This document shows positions 9,192 to 18,980 of a DNA stretch of 64,000 bases, one piece after another. Every line of letters starts with the position of its first letter. Positions within the stretch are counted from its first letter, which is position 1. A program made the translations under genes and the position numbers. The notes under the pieces were generated by a model that made no database searches, was not told the DNA's origin, and saw nothing but the letters and a program-made list of their open reading frames with translations. Source of the DNA: Thainema sp. (GTDB taxonomy: Bacteria > Cyanobacteriota > Cyanobacteriia > Phormidesmidales > Phormidesmidaceae); assembly GCA_052168235.1 (NCBI GenBank), contig JBQLZK010000037.1:11251-75250 (forward strand), given 5' to 3'.

Positions 9192-12100
9192 ATGAGTCTT
9201 GCAGGAAAACGGTCAACTCAAGGTGACGAATACCAATTACGTGTGGCATTACATTGGCTGATACGTATGCTCGGGGATGATTCTATCTCCGGTATTCAAG
9301 TTGACTCAACTGGTATACCCGGACAAAGCTTTCCAATCACAGTTGATGATGTAGTTGTTTTATATGCAGACGGTCGTGCTTGCTTTATTCAAGTAAAGAA
9401 GAATCAGACTGATTATAAATCGTGGTCACTCGCTGATGAAATCTTAAAAGAAGAGCTAGAAAAAGCTCGTATACAGTTGGAGTCTAAAGAAAACTCGAAG
9501 GTCATTTTTTATTCTCGAACGCCTTTTGGAGAGTTAGAATCACTAGTTGAAGCCTGCAAAGCTTTTCCTGATTACGAATCATTCCTACGAGAGGATTCTA
9601 AAAAGCAGATCACTACTTTGAAGAAACTTGCAAGCATTATAGAAAGACCAGAAGAAGTAAATTTTAGTCTCGTTTTACGACTTAAATTTGGCCCACCACA
9701 TACATTTGAAGATTGGGATCGTTTAAATCGTATTGATTTGGAGCGTTTGTCCCCATCTGTTGATCTAGTAATACCAATTCTAGAGCGTTACTTAACCGGA
9801 CATGAAGCTACGCTAAAGGATACAAAACACATTATTAATCGCGAGGAAGTGTGGGCTGAACTAGGAATGTTGGGACTAAGACCAACGCCTGAGCGCAGTG
9901 AAACAGAAATTCTTGAAACTTTCAGGCTGGCTTCGAGAATTGGTCGTAATTGGTTATGCACAATTGATGATGAGAAAATTCCTCGTATTGAATTGAATCA
10001 AATCACTGAACTGATTGAACAGGACAACCGGACAATTTTATTGACAGATCGTCCTGGCAGTGGAAAAACCTGTTTATTGCTAGACTTAGTCAATGAGCTT
10101 GAGAATCAAGAAGCCTATGGGCTGTTGTTTATCAAAAGCGATCTATTTACAGAAATCAACAACGAACAAGATTTGGTAGATAGAGGATTACCAGAAGACA
10201 TCGTTGGCCAATGTGCTCGTCTGGCAAAATTTCGATCCGTTGTTGTTATTATTGATTCCCTTGATGAGCTTTCGCTAAGCCGACAACATAGTGCGCTTAA
10301 AGTATTCCTAGGGTTGATAGATAGGCTTGAAAAAATTGTGAGCATAACAGTCATTGCAGCATGTCGTGATTTTGATTTACAGTATGACCCTTTGCTACGA
10401 GGACGCTCATGGAAACACACTATTCATCTGTGTCCACTTGATTTTGAGTCTACTGTAAAACCCTTTCTCATTCGTTGGGGCATTGATCCATCTAGTATTA
10501 GTTCTGAACTTCGCGAGTTGTTGCAGCTACCACAGCATCTACGAATTTATGGGGAACTAGCGAAAGTTGGCAGATGTTTGAATCCTGCATCAGCTTATGA
10601 ACTTTATGACAGCTTCCTAAATGAAGTAATTGCTCTAAATTCAAGATTGGGAGATCAGGCTATAACTGCCCTTCAAGACATGGCAGATACCTTGATGCAA
10701 AGCCGTAGCCAATCTTTTAGCAGAACTAATTTTGCTGCAAGTGAAAACATAGTAAGGCTTCTAATTAGTCAGGAAATCCTATGGGATTCTTCTTCAGGTA
10801 GCTTATCTTTTAGCCATCAAACCTTAGCAGAATGCCTAGTTGTACGTTCTGCATTAGCTAAAAGTAAAACTTTGGTGGAATTTATTATCGACCACCCCCA
10901 GCTTCCTTTTATCCGTCCAGCAGTCCGAGCTTTTTTCTTTTTTCTACGGTCACACCAACCACAACTTTTTAGAAGACAAATTAGACAAGTTCTATCACAT
11001 AAGGAAATCGCTTACCATGTGAAGCGTTTAGTTTGTGAATCATTGGCTGAAATTATTCCTATAGAAGATGATTGGCGATTGTTTCGTAGAATCTTCCAGA
11101 ATTATCCTGACTTGTTTCGTCGTCTGTTAGTACGAACTCAGTCAACTGCTTGGCTGCATTTTCTCAAAAACTACTGGCTAGATGCTGCTCAAGCTTCGGA
11201 GGAGCGAGAAGATTGGCTACGTGAGTTTTGTTGGAAATTGCGAACATGGATAAACTCTGATGCTACAGAGGTTATTACTCTATGGCGGCAAGCAATTGCT
11301 TTTAATTGGTTTGATGAACAAAGACTAATCAGAATTATTCTTGGTGGATTGAACAACCTGCAAGATTGGAATGCTGAGGGTATTCGAGAACTGTTGGAAA
11401 TCTTAGTTAAAGATTCTGGTGATGAAAGAGACTCACTTGGCAGAATTATCAGTCAATGGGTACATGCCACAAACTCTGGTGATGATTTGCTATGGAGATA
11501 CATTACTAAAGATATTTTGCCTGAAGATCTCCAGAAATGGGATCTACGAGATAAGCTTCACTGCTCACCACATAATTTTCATCATGAGAGATTTTTAGAA
11601 GAACGTTTAAAGCAATCAGATCAATTGCTTACTCTAGTCTTAAAAGATTTAGCCCGCTGGAGCGAAATACGAATTGGTTTTCTCCAAGAAACTTCTTGGC
11701 ATATAGCACATAGTAAAATTGATATCTATCCAGTGACTGGTTTAACAGAAATTTTTTCTGGGGTAGAGGAAGCGTTAAAGCATAGAGCTCGTGAAAACGA
11801 TGCTTGGTGGAAGTTATATGAACCAAATTTACGTGATACTCAAGAACCATATCTTCGCTATCTAATTATTCAATCTTACAAAGAAAATATAGAAGAAAAT
11901 ATTTCTGGAATTGAGTTTCAACTTCAAGACCAAGAACTTATTTGTAATAGTGAACTTAGCTATGAATTAGGTGGACTTATGCAAATGAGCTACCCGTATA
12001 TCTCAGAAACTACACAGATCAATAACCAAACAATCATTCTCTCATCATGCGCCGTTCAAGAAAACGATCAAAATAGTTCATCCTTCTGGCAATATCGTAA

Positions 12101-13721
12101 AACTTATAATCTTCTTATTTGGATTTCTCCTTTCTTCAGAATTGCAGAAACACAGACTTTCATTGATACTTGGCAAAATCATTTTGGCTATAGCCAGCCC
12201 GAACCTGAAATTTATTCTAGAGGTGGAGCTATACTGCCACCTTTATCTAAAGAAAACTTGCTAAAGCTTTCAGATGAGTCTCTTTTTCGCCTATTGCAGT
12301 ATTATCAGCAGTATCTACACTCAGACTTTTTTGATCGTGATCTAGCTCGCGGTTTTAATGGCGTTGTGAGTATTCTGCGTGAAGCTTGCTCCTTGCATCC
12401 TATTCACTTTTTAGATTTATACTCTGGTTTTTTTGAGTCAGATTTACATGAAGCATATACACATGCTCTGATTGAAGGAATTTCAACACACTTGCTCTAT
12501 CGCTTTGGTGACGTGCGACCAAATCCAGAAAACGCATGGCAACCGATAGAACCTCTACCTGATAAAGAAGCACTTGCAGCAGGGCTGTTATATCTATTGG
12601 AACGGTATTCAATTATTTGGAAGGATGGCCGGGCAGTTAGTAGAGCTCTGGAAGCTTGTTGTGATGTATTAAATGATTCTAAATCATCTGAGCGTCTAAC
12701 ACTATTGCTCTTTTGGACTTGCTTTAAGTCTCTAGATGATGAGATAAATGAAATTAATGAGAAAAATCTTGTTTATCATGCTCTTAACTCGACTTTAGGA
12801 ATAGCTGCAAAAAGTGCAATTAAGCTTTGCAACAATCTTTTAGAAAAAGGCCAATCTTTACCAGAATTACTTCCATATTTGTTACATTACTTCTCACGTA
12901 ACACAGCTACCCATGTACGTATTCCTATCGTTGAACATCTTCCCTTCTTGATGTACAAGCAACCTGCTTTGGGATGGCAGTTGTTAGCTGATGTTTTTCA
13001 AAAACCTCAACCTTTGCTATGGAAGCATACAGAACAATGTTTTTACTATCAGTATCGAGATAACTTTCATCAGGTTGTTCCATATTTGGATCGTCTCTTA
13101 CACGAAGGAATAGACGAAGCTGGTGGTACTTGGGGCCGTATTTCTGCATTGGCTCATCTTGCAGGACATATCGAACAAGATCAGATATTTAATACGTTGG
13201 CAGATTTGAATGATGATGCATGGAGAGGAGTTATTCAGGTATTTTCAGCTAATCTCAATCGGTACGAGCATACCGCCAAGTGTCATTCTGGACTCATAAC
13301 TGCCTTGCATCAGGAAAGCTTACCAAACAGAGTTCTTAACGAAATTGAAAAATGTTTTGCTAAAGAAGCAAGTAAAGGACGCCGTGGATATGAACTTGCA
13401 GTTGCTTTTCTCAATAAACTTTCAATGTCTACAGATGGATATGATCTTTACGATTTTCTCGAATGGTTAAGTTATGAATCTCGACGTGATCCTTTGCAGG
13501 CTCTAGATATGGCTGAGCTTCTTGCTGAAAAGCTGGAAACGGAAATTCAATCAGATCAACTTTGGCATACTCAACCCTTGATTTCAGCACTAAACGAAAT
13601 CTTGCGCGAAGCAGATGAAACTGATGATCTAGATCTAATCAGACGTGCTATTGATTTACAAGATCGTTATCTGCAATTAAATATTTATGGAATTGAAGAA
13701 CTTTTTAATAAAGCTGGGTAA
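9192..13721 (+). CDS. Nuclease-STAND/NACHT-type ATPase, Avs (AVAST)/NLR-like anti-phage candidate
   Basis: N-terminal GDEYQ...VDDVVV...FIQVKK (PD-(D/E)xK, Cap4/Mrr-like); Walker A DRPGSGKT; Walker B VVVIIDSLDE; ACR sensor; FSHQTL winged-helix motif; about 900 aa helical C-terminus; AT-rich; no HIP1 seen. Confidence 0.8.
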   Translation: MSLAGKRSTQGDEYQLRVALHWLIRMLGDDSISGIQVDSTGIPGQSFPITVDDVVVLYADGRACFIQVKKNQTDYKSWSLADEILKEELEKARIQLESKENSKVIFYSRTPFGELESLVEACKAFPDYESFLREDSKKQITTLKKLASIIERPEEVNFSLVLRLKFGPPHTFEDWDRLNRIDLERLSPSVDLVIPILERYLTGHEATLKDTKHIINREEVWAELGMLGLRPTPERSETEILETFRLASRIGRNWLCTIDDEKIPRIELNQITELIEQDNRTILLTDRPGSGKTCLLLDLVNELENQEAYGLLFIKSDLFTEINNEQDLVDRGLPEDIVGQCARLAKFRSVVVIIDSLDELSLSRQHSALKVFLGLIDRLEKIVSITVIAACRDFDLQYDPLLRGRSWKHTIHLCPLDFESTVKPFLIRWGIDPSSISSELRELLQLPQHLRIYGELAKVGRCLNPASAYELYDSFLNEVIALNSRLGDQAITALQDMADTLMQSRSQSFSRTNFAASENIVRLLISQEILWDSSSGSLSFSHQTLAECLVVRSALAKSKTLVEFIIDHPQLPFIRPAVRAFFFFLRSHQPQLFRRQIRQVLSHKEIAYHVKRLVCESLAEIIPIEDDWRLFRRIFQNYPDLFRRLLVRTQSTAWLHFLKNYWLDAAQASEEREDWLREFCWKLRTWINSDATEVITLWRQAIAFNWFDEQRLIRIILGGLNNLQDWNAEGIRELLEILVKDSGDERDSLGRIISQWVHATNSGDDLLWRYITKDILPEDLQKWDLRDKLHCSPHNFHHERFLEERLKQSDQLLTLVLKDLARWSEIRIGFLQETSWHIAHSKIDIYPVTGLTEIFSGVEEALKHRARENDAWWKLYEPNLRDTQEPYLRYLIIQSYKENIEENISGIEFQLQDQELICNSELSYELGGLMQMSYPYISETTQINNQTIILSSCAVQENDQNSSSFWQYRKTYNLLIWISPFFRIAETQTFIDTWQNHFGYSQPEPEIYSRGGAILPPLSKENLLKLSDESLFRLLQYYQQYLHSDFFDRDLARGFNGVVSILREACSLHPIHFLDLYSGFFESDLHEAYTHALIEGISTHLLYRFGDVRPNPENAWQPIEPLPDKEALAAGLLYLLERYSIIWKDGRAVSRALEACCDVLNDSKSSERLTLLLFWTCFKSLDDEINEINEKNLVYHALNSTLGIAAKSAIKLCNNLLEKGQSLPELLPYLLHYFSRNTATHVRIPIVEHLPFLMYKQPALGWQLLADVFQKPQPLLWKHTEQCFYYQYRDNFHQVVPYLDRLLHEGIDEAGGTWGRISALAHLAGHIEQDQIFNTLADLNDDAWRGVIQVFSANLNRYEHTAKCHSGLITALHQESLPNRVLNEIEKCFAKEASKGRRGYELAVAFLNKLSMSTDGYDLYDFLEWLSYESRRDPLQALDMAELLAEKLETEIQSDQLWHTQPLISALNEILREADETDDLDLIRRAIDLQDRYLQLNIYGIEELFNKAG

Positions 13722-13839
13722 TTTTGATACACCATAAACTCAACTAAGAGGTCATGAGAAAAGGATTTGAGTGCTAAGCACATCCTGAGTCGATTGAGAC
13801 TCATGTCTGCCAGTAGCGGATTCGCCAACTCCTGGGAAT

Positions 13840-13862
13840 TTATTGCATATTATTCTCAATAA
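13840..13862. promoter_or_regulatory. Candidate Fur box
   Basis: TTATTGCATATTATTCTCAATAA, an AT-rich inverted repeat resembling the Fur consensus, just before a TAAGCT -10-like hexamer and upstream of an IsiC-like gene. Confidence 0.55.
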
Positions 13863-13879
13863 GCTGCTAAGCTATGGAT

Positions 13880-13976
13880 TAGCCACTAATCGCTGAAAAT
13901 ATTGCACTGGCGCATGGCCATGCGCCCCTACGAATATCTGTTCTGTATGTGCCACATTCAACTTGATTAACGGCTA
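13880..13976. repeat. Small repeat element with imperfect terminal IRs and an internal REP-like palindrome
   Basis: TAGCCACTAATC...GATTAACGGCTA ends; perfect palindrome GGCGCATGGCCATGCGCC (13909-13926) followed by CCTAC. Confidence 0.55.
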
Positions 13977-14026
13977 CTGAATCGCAGTTTAACGAGAATA
14001 CTTTTTAATTGTGTGGGAGAAACAGC

Positions 14027-14773
14027 ATGTCTACTATCGCCTCTAATATCACCGATGCCCTGTGGCTGAGCGTCAATCCCAGCTTTGTGGATTTCCATAA
14101 ACCACTACTGCGAGAGCTGGCGCAGGATAGCGCGATCGCACATTGGGAATATTCCCAAACCCAAGACGAACCCTGTTCGCTGGAGAAAGCATTGGTGCTG
14201 CTGCATGATTATTTGAAAAATCGCGATCGCAAAATTCATCTAATCGGCCACAGCACTGGCGGACTGCTGGGCCTGCGCTATGCGCGGCGGTATCCAGAGC
14301 GGGTGCAGTCGCTGACGCTGCTTTCCGTTGGCGTTAACCCCACCGTGGACTGGCAGGCACACTACTACGTGCAGCGGCAGTTGCTCCCCTGTAGCCGCTC
14401 GATTGTGATGGCGCAGATGGTGCGGCATATGTTCGGCCCCCAAAGCTGTCGCCGAGCCAAAGGCTTAATTAAGCTGCTGGAGCGGGATTTGGCAACGTCT
14501 CCGGCTCCCCATAGCCTGCTGCGCCGCGAGCATCTCTCACCCGGTCGCGTCCAGGTTCCCCTGCTCGTTTGTGGAGGAGACAACGACCTGATTGTCGATT
14601 CCAATCAAATCGACCACTGGCGACCCTGGCTGAAAGAATGCGATCGCATTTGGCATTGTCCCAACGGTCGCCACTTTTTTCATGCTGAACACCCAGAAGC
14701 CGTGGGGGCGCAAATTCGCGATTTTTGGCAATTGGCATCGGTTGCTCGACCTGTGAAGCAATCAGTGGCCTGA
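14027..14773 (+). CDS. Alpha/beta hydrolase, IsiC-like
   Basis: Nucleophile elbow GHSTGG, acid D in GGDNDLIV, His in GRHFFH; N-terminal LWL..NPSF..F...LL and QDEPCSL motifs; GGGAGA SD. Confidence 0.8.
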   Translation: MSTIASNITDALWLSVNPSFVDFHKPLLRELAQDSAIAHWEYSQTQDEPCSLEKALVLLHDYLKNRDRKIHLIGHSTGGLLGLRYARRYPERVQSLTLLSVGVNPTVDWQAHYYVQRQLLPCSRSIVMAQMVRHMFGPQSCRRAKGLIKLLERDLATSPAPHSLLRREHLSPGRVQVPLLVCGGDNDLIVDSNQIDHWRPWLKECDRIWHCPNGRHFFHAEHPEAVGAQIRDFWQLASVARPVKQSVA

Positions 14774-15379
14774 AGTTCGCTGGCTGGTAATGAGCTGAAT
14801 CAGGCTCTCCGTCAGCACGTCCGGCTCAATCGGGGCAACCTGCTGACCGTGCAGAATGTGCTGCGTCATGGCATAGCTCATTAATGTGCCCGTAAAAATC
14901 CGCGCTGTGGCCTCTGGATGGGGCAAGTTTAACTCTGGGTGAGCCGCAAAGTACTGGCTGAGTACATGCCACACCTTTTGCGGCAGCGCCTTGACAAAGA
15001 GCTTTGCCAGCTCCGGGAAGCGACCCGACTCACCAATAATCAATCGCAGAAAAGCCACATACTCTTCATCACCACTGACCAGCTGCATAAACTTTTGGGC
15101 AATGTGATGCAGGACATGAGCCGGATCTTCCGTCAAAGACAGCGTGCCAAAAACCTGATTAAATCGCTGACGAGTAACCTGCTCAATCAGCGCTACAAAC
15201 AGCCCTTCCTTATCCTCGAAATGCTTATAGATGGTGATTTTGGAGACCCCAGCAGCAGCAGCAACCCGATCCATGCTGGTGCCTTCATATCCCTGATGCA
15301 GGAAAATTTTGAGCGCTCCTTGTAGAATTTGCTGACGCTTTGCTGTGGTTCCAGCCGAGCTAATCGAGGATGAAGCCAT
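14762..15379 (-). CDS. TetR/AcrR family transcriptional regulator
   Basis: HTH GYEGTSMDRVAAAAGVSKITIYKHFEDKEGLF; IIGESGRFPELAKLF C-terminal motif. Confidence 0.93.
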   Translation of the reverse strand: MASSSISSAGTTAKRQQILQGALKIFLHQGYEGTSMDRVAAAAGVSKITIYKHFEDKEGLFVALIEQVTRQRFNQVFGTLSLTEDPAHVLHHIAQKFMQLVSGDEEYVAFLRLIIGESGRFPELAKLFVKALPQKVWHVLSQYFAAHPELNLPHPEATARIFTGTLMSYAMTQHILHGQQVAPIEPDVLTESLIQLITSQRTSGH

Positions 15380-15431
15380 AGATATGATGGAAGAAAAGTT
15401 CAAACTTTGTTTGCGTTTTAAGCTTAACAGC

Positions 15432-15452
15432 TATACTATACCGTATAGTATA
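15432..15452. promoter_or_regulatory. Candidate TetR operator
   Basis: Perfect 10-1-10 palindrome TATACTATAC-C-GTATAGTATA in the divergent tetR/hlyD intergenic region. Confidence 0.7.
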
Positions 15453-15588
15453 AACAGTGCCAGTAATTTAATTACAAGTTGACAGTGAGGAATGAACCGG
15501 AGACCTGTTGACGGTGCATTTCGTAATGCTCAGCACATCCTACGATTCAATACCGTAAAGTCCTCAAACTATTTCTGGGTTCGTGATT

Positions 15589-16899
15589 ATGACTCAGGTT
15601 GCACCGCAAAATCCAGCCAATCCCGATCGTCCATCGCCAACGAAAGATTCAACTCCGCGATCTCAACGATCCAAGGCTAAGAAACTGCTGCTGTTGATTC
15701 CAGTTGGCTTGCTGTTGGCGGCAGTGGGATTTGGAGTGAGGCATTGGCTGCTACAGCCAGATGAGAATGAGCTGGAGCTAAGTGGACGAATCGAAGGCTA
15801 CGAAACGGACTTGGGCGCGAAGACGGGTGGCCGAATCGAGTCAGTCGCCGTCAGAGAAGGTGACTCTGTGCAACAGGGGCAGGTGGTGGCTCGATTAGAA
15901 GACGATGAGCTACAGGCTACACTGGCCGCAGCCAAAGCGAATCGGGCAGCGGCTGATCAGCAGGTAAATCAGGCACAGAGCCAAATTGGAGTCATTCAAA
16001 GCCAAATAGAAGAAGCGCAGTTGACGTTGCAGCAGTCGCAAGGAGATACGGCAGGACGAGTTAATCAGGCCGAAGCAACGGTGGCCACAGCCCAAGCGCA
16101 GCTCGCATCTGCTCAAGCTCAGGTAGAGCAGGCTGAGTCTGAACTGAAGCTAGCCCGACTAGAGCGCGATCGCTTTCAGGTGTTGGTGAACAATGGCGCG
16201 ATTCCGCAGCAGCAGTTTGACCAGGCTCAAACCCGCTTTGAAACCGCTCAAGATACGCTAGCCGCTCGGCAAGCATCGATCGCTGCTGCCGAGCGGCAGG
16301 TAAGAGCCGCTCAGGGTGGACTCACGCAGGCAGAAACCAGCCAGCTCAATCCCGATATTCGTACTGCTCAGATTACCCGATTGCAGCGCCAGCTAGAGCA
16401 GGCCAACGCCCAACTGGCAGCCGCTCAAGCCGAAGTGGAACGTGCGATCGCAAATCAAAACGAGGTTGAGGCGAGACTGGCCAATCTGGAAATCACCAGC
16501 CCGATTGATGGTGTGGTGGTGACGCGCATGGTCGAACCAGGGGAGGTAATCGCCGCTGGCACAACGGTAATGACGGTAATTGATCTGAACGATGTCTACC
16601 TGCGCGGCTACATCGCCGAAGGCGAAATCGGTAACGTGCGAGTGGGGCAACCTGCCCATGTATTCCTGGATTCCGCACCTGAGCAGCCGCTAGACGCAAC
16701 GGTAATCGCGATTGATACTGAAGCTTCATTCACGCCGGAAAATATTTACTTTCAGGATGACCGAGTGACGCAGGTGTTTGGCCTGCGGTTGGGAATCGAG
16801 AACCCGGCTGGATACGCAAAGCCAGGGATGCCTGCGGATGGGGAGATTTTGCTGTCGGTGGAGGGGCAGGAGGAGCTAGAGGAGCAGGCGGCGCAATGA
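15589..16899 (+). CDS. HlyD family membrane fusion protein (YbhG-like)
   Basis: N-terminal TM, SGRIEG, lipoyl halves GGRIESVAVREGD / ITSPIDGVV, long coiled coil, ASFTPENI, AKPGMPADG. Confidence 0.92.
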   Translation: MTQVAPQNPANPDRPSPTKDSTPRSQRSKAKKLLLLIPVGLLLAAVGFGVRHWLLQPDENELELSGRIEGYETDLGAKTGGRIESVAVREGDSVQQGQVVARLEDDELQATLAAAKANRAAADQQVNQAQSQIGVIQSQIEEAQLTLQQSQGDTAGRVNQAEATVATAQAQLASAQAQVEQAESELKLARLERDRFQVLVNNGAIPQQQFDQAQTRFETAQDTLAARQASIAAAERQVRAAQGGLTQAETSQLNPDIRTAQITRLQRQLEQANAQLAAAQAEVERAIANQNEVEARLANLEITSPIDGVVVTRMVEPGEVIAAGTTVMTVIDLNDVYLRGYIAEGEIGNVRVGQPAHVFLDSAPEQPLDATVIAIDTEASFTPENIYFQDDRVTQVFGLRLGIENPAGYAKPGMPADGEILLSVEGQEELEEQAAQ

Positions 16900-18980
16900 C
16901 TTCCTTTTCTCCTGAATATCCAGAAGTTACAGTGTCGTCTTTTAGCCAAGATGAGCAGGTTGCGATCGCAGTTTGTGACCTGCATAAATCCTATGGCGCG
17001 ACCGCTGCGCTAAAGGGGATCAGCTTTGCCGTTCGACCCGGTGAAATCTTTGGCCTGATTGGCCCCGATGGTGCTGGCAAGACAACCACGTTCCAGATTC
17101 TGGCGGGGGTACGCGAGGCCAGCAGCGGTCAGGTAAGCATCCTCGGCAAACCACCACGAGCTGCAAGATTAAATCTGGGCTACCTCACCCAGAAGTTTTC
17201 CCTCTATGCCGACCTCAGCATTATGGAAAACCTGCGCTACAGTGCGGGTTTACGGCAGGTAGCAGACGCCCGATTTGCGGAACGTGCCCCCTATTTACTT
17301 CAGCGAGTTGGGCTAGAGCAGTTCGGTGATCGGCTGGCAGGACAGCTATCCGGCGGCATGAAGCAAAAGCTGGCGCTGTGCTGTGCCCTGATTGCTAATC
17401 CGACTGTGCTGCTGCTAGACGAACCAACTACGGGCGTCGATCCAGTTTCGCGGCGGGAATTCTGGGACTTGCTGGCAGCCGTCGCTGCTGAGGGCGTAAC
17501 GGTTATAGCCGCAACGCCCTACCTCGACGAAGCCGAACGCTGCCACCGAATTGCCCTGATTTACGATGGCGAAATTCAGCAAATCGGCACGTTAGCAACA
17601 CTGCGAGATGACCTAGCATTGCAGCGGCTGGAAGTCTGGATAGACGATGTTGCCAGGGCTGAAGAGGCTTTGCAATCTATTCCCCCCTTTTTAAGGGGGG
17701 CTGGGGGGGATCTTCCGAATTCAGTTAGTGCCGGAGATCCCCCTAAATCCCCCTTAAAAAGGGGGACTTCAAGCAATTCTACTCCCCCCTTTTTAAGGGG
17801 GGCTGGGGGGGATCAAACCATCGTTGACGTGCAAACCTTTGGCGATCGCTTAGATGTTCTCGTCACCGATGCAGATCAAGGCGAGCAGCAAATCCGCCAC
17901 ATCCTGGCGCAACAGCAGATCCCGCTCTCGTCCATTCGCCCCGATGCACCAACGCTGGAAAACGTCTTTGTGAATCGATTGCGGCAGCAGGGTTCTGATC
18001 CGCCCTATATTCCATTTCCCGCCTACCGCTCCGGCAAAGAGAAAGGCAACGTTGCGATCGCAGCTCAGTCACTTCAGAAAACCTTTGGTGATTTCCAAGC
18101 AGTGAAAGGCGTTGACCTGACCGTGCGTTACGGCGAAATCTACGGATTACTGGGCGCGAACGGGGCAGGCAAAACCACGACGATTAAGATGCTCTGTGGC
18201 TTGCTACCCGATAGCGGTGGAGCCATTCAACTCGCGGGCGAAACCGCCAATCTCAATCGATCAGAAGTGCGATCGCGGATTGGCTACATGAGCCAGAAAT
18301 TTACGCTGTATGACGATTTGACGATTCTGCAAAATCTCAGTTTCTACTGCGGCGTGTATGGTGTGCCAAAACGCTTGCAGGCTGAGAAGATCAATTGGGT
18401 ACTTGCCACCTGTGGGCTGGAAGGACGGGAGAATATTCTCACTGGCAGCTTGCCGGGAGGCTGGAAGCAGCGAGTAGCCTTTGGCGCATCGGTGATGCAT
18501 GAGCCGGATATTTTGTTTCTCGATGAACCTACCTCCGGCGTTGATCCCCTGGCGCGACGCCAGTTTTGGCGATTAATTCGCGATTTTGCTCGACGCGGTA
18601 CGGCAATTTTAGTCACGACGCATTACCTGGAAGAAGCTGAAAACTGCAACAACATGGCCTTTATGGTGGCGGGGCAGGTGGTGGCGCAAGGCTCACCGAA
18701 TGAGATTAAAACCAGCCAGCCGGGGCAGTTGATTGAGCTGATCACTGACCAAACTCAAGCTGCTTCTGACTTGCTGAAGCAGCAGCTAGACGATTGGCGA
18801 GTTGCGATCTTTGGCGATCGGCTACACCTAGTGCTTGATGATCCGGAGCAGGAGTTATCCCGAATCAAGCAGTGGTTGCAGGACGCGCAAATTCAGATCC
18901 GGTCGGTGCAGCCGATTCCATTCTCGCTCGAAGATGCCTTTATTGGGATTGTGCAGCGGGCAGAGGGAGAGAACCTATGA
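16896..18980 (+). CDS. ABC transporter with two ATPase domains (YbhF-like), carrying an in-frame repeat insertion
   Basis: Two Walker A motifs (GPDGAGKT, GANGAGKT) and two LDEPT motifs; ATGA overlaps with both neighbours. Confidence 0.92.
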   Translation: MTSFSPEYPEVTVSSFSQDEQVAIAVCDLHKSYGATAALKGISFAVRPGEIFGLIGPDGAGKTTTFQILAGVREASSGQVSILGKPPRAARLNLGYLTQKFSLYADLSIMENLRYSAGLRQVADARFAERAPYLLQRVGLEQFGDRLAGQLSGGMKQKLALCCALIANPTVLLLDEPTTGVDPVSRREFWDLLAAVAAEGVTVIAATPYLDEAERCHRIALIYDGEIQQIGTLATLRDDLALQRLEVWIDDVARAEEALQSIPPFLRGAGGDLPNSVSAGDPPKSPLKRGTSSNSTPPFLRGAGGDQTIVDVQTFGDRLDVLVTDADQGEQQIRHILAQQQIPLSSIRPDAPTLENVFVNRLRQQGSDPPYIPFPAYRSGKEKGNVAIAAQSLQKTFGDFQAVKGVDLTVRYGEIYGLLGANGAGKTTTIKMLCGLLPDSGGAIQLAGETANLNRSEVRSRIGYMSQKFTLYDDLTILQNLSFYCGVYGVPKRLQAEKINWVLATCGLEGRENILTGSLPGGWKQRVAFGASVMHEPDILFLDEPTSGVDPLARRQFWRLIRDFARRGTAILVTTHYLEEAENCNNMAFMVAGQVVAQGSPNEIKTSQPGQLIELITDQTQAASDLLKQQLDDWRVAIFGDRLHLVLDDPEQELSRIKQWLQDAQIQIRSVQPIPFSLEDAFIGIVQRAEGENL
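17682..17814. repeat. Three alternating-orientation copies of the cyanobacterial CCCCCTAAATCCCCCTTAAAAAGGGGG-type repeat, in frame
   Basis: Copies at about 17682-17712, 17736-17768 (inverted) and 17784-17814, translated as PPFLRGAGGD / DPPKSPLKRGT / PPFLRGAGGD; same repeat is intergenic at 50997-51085. Confidence 0.88.

Noticed and set aside
9111..13811. TCTGCCA on both sides of the STAND gene as a target-site duplication
   Set aside because: Only 7 bp, likely by chance, and the broken ATPase does not resume after the right copy
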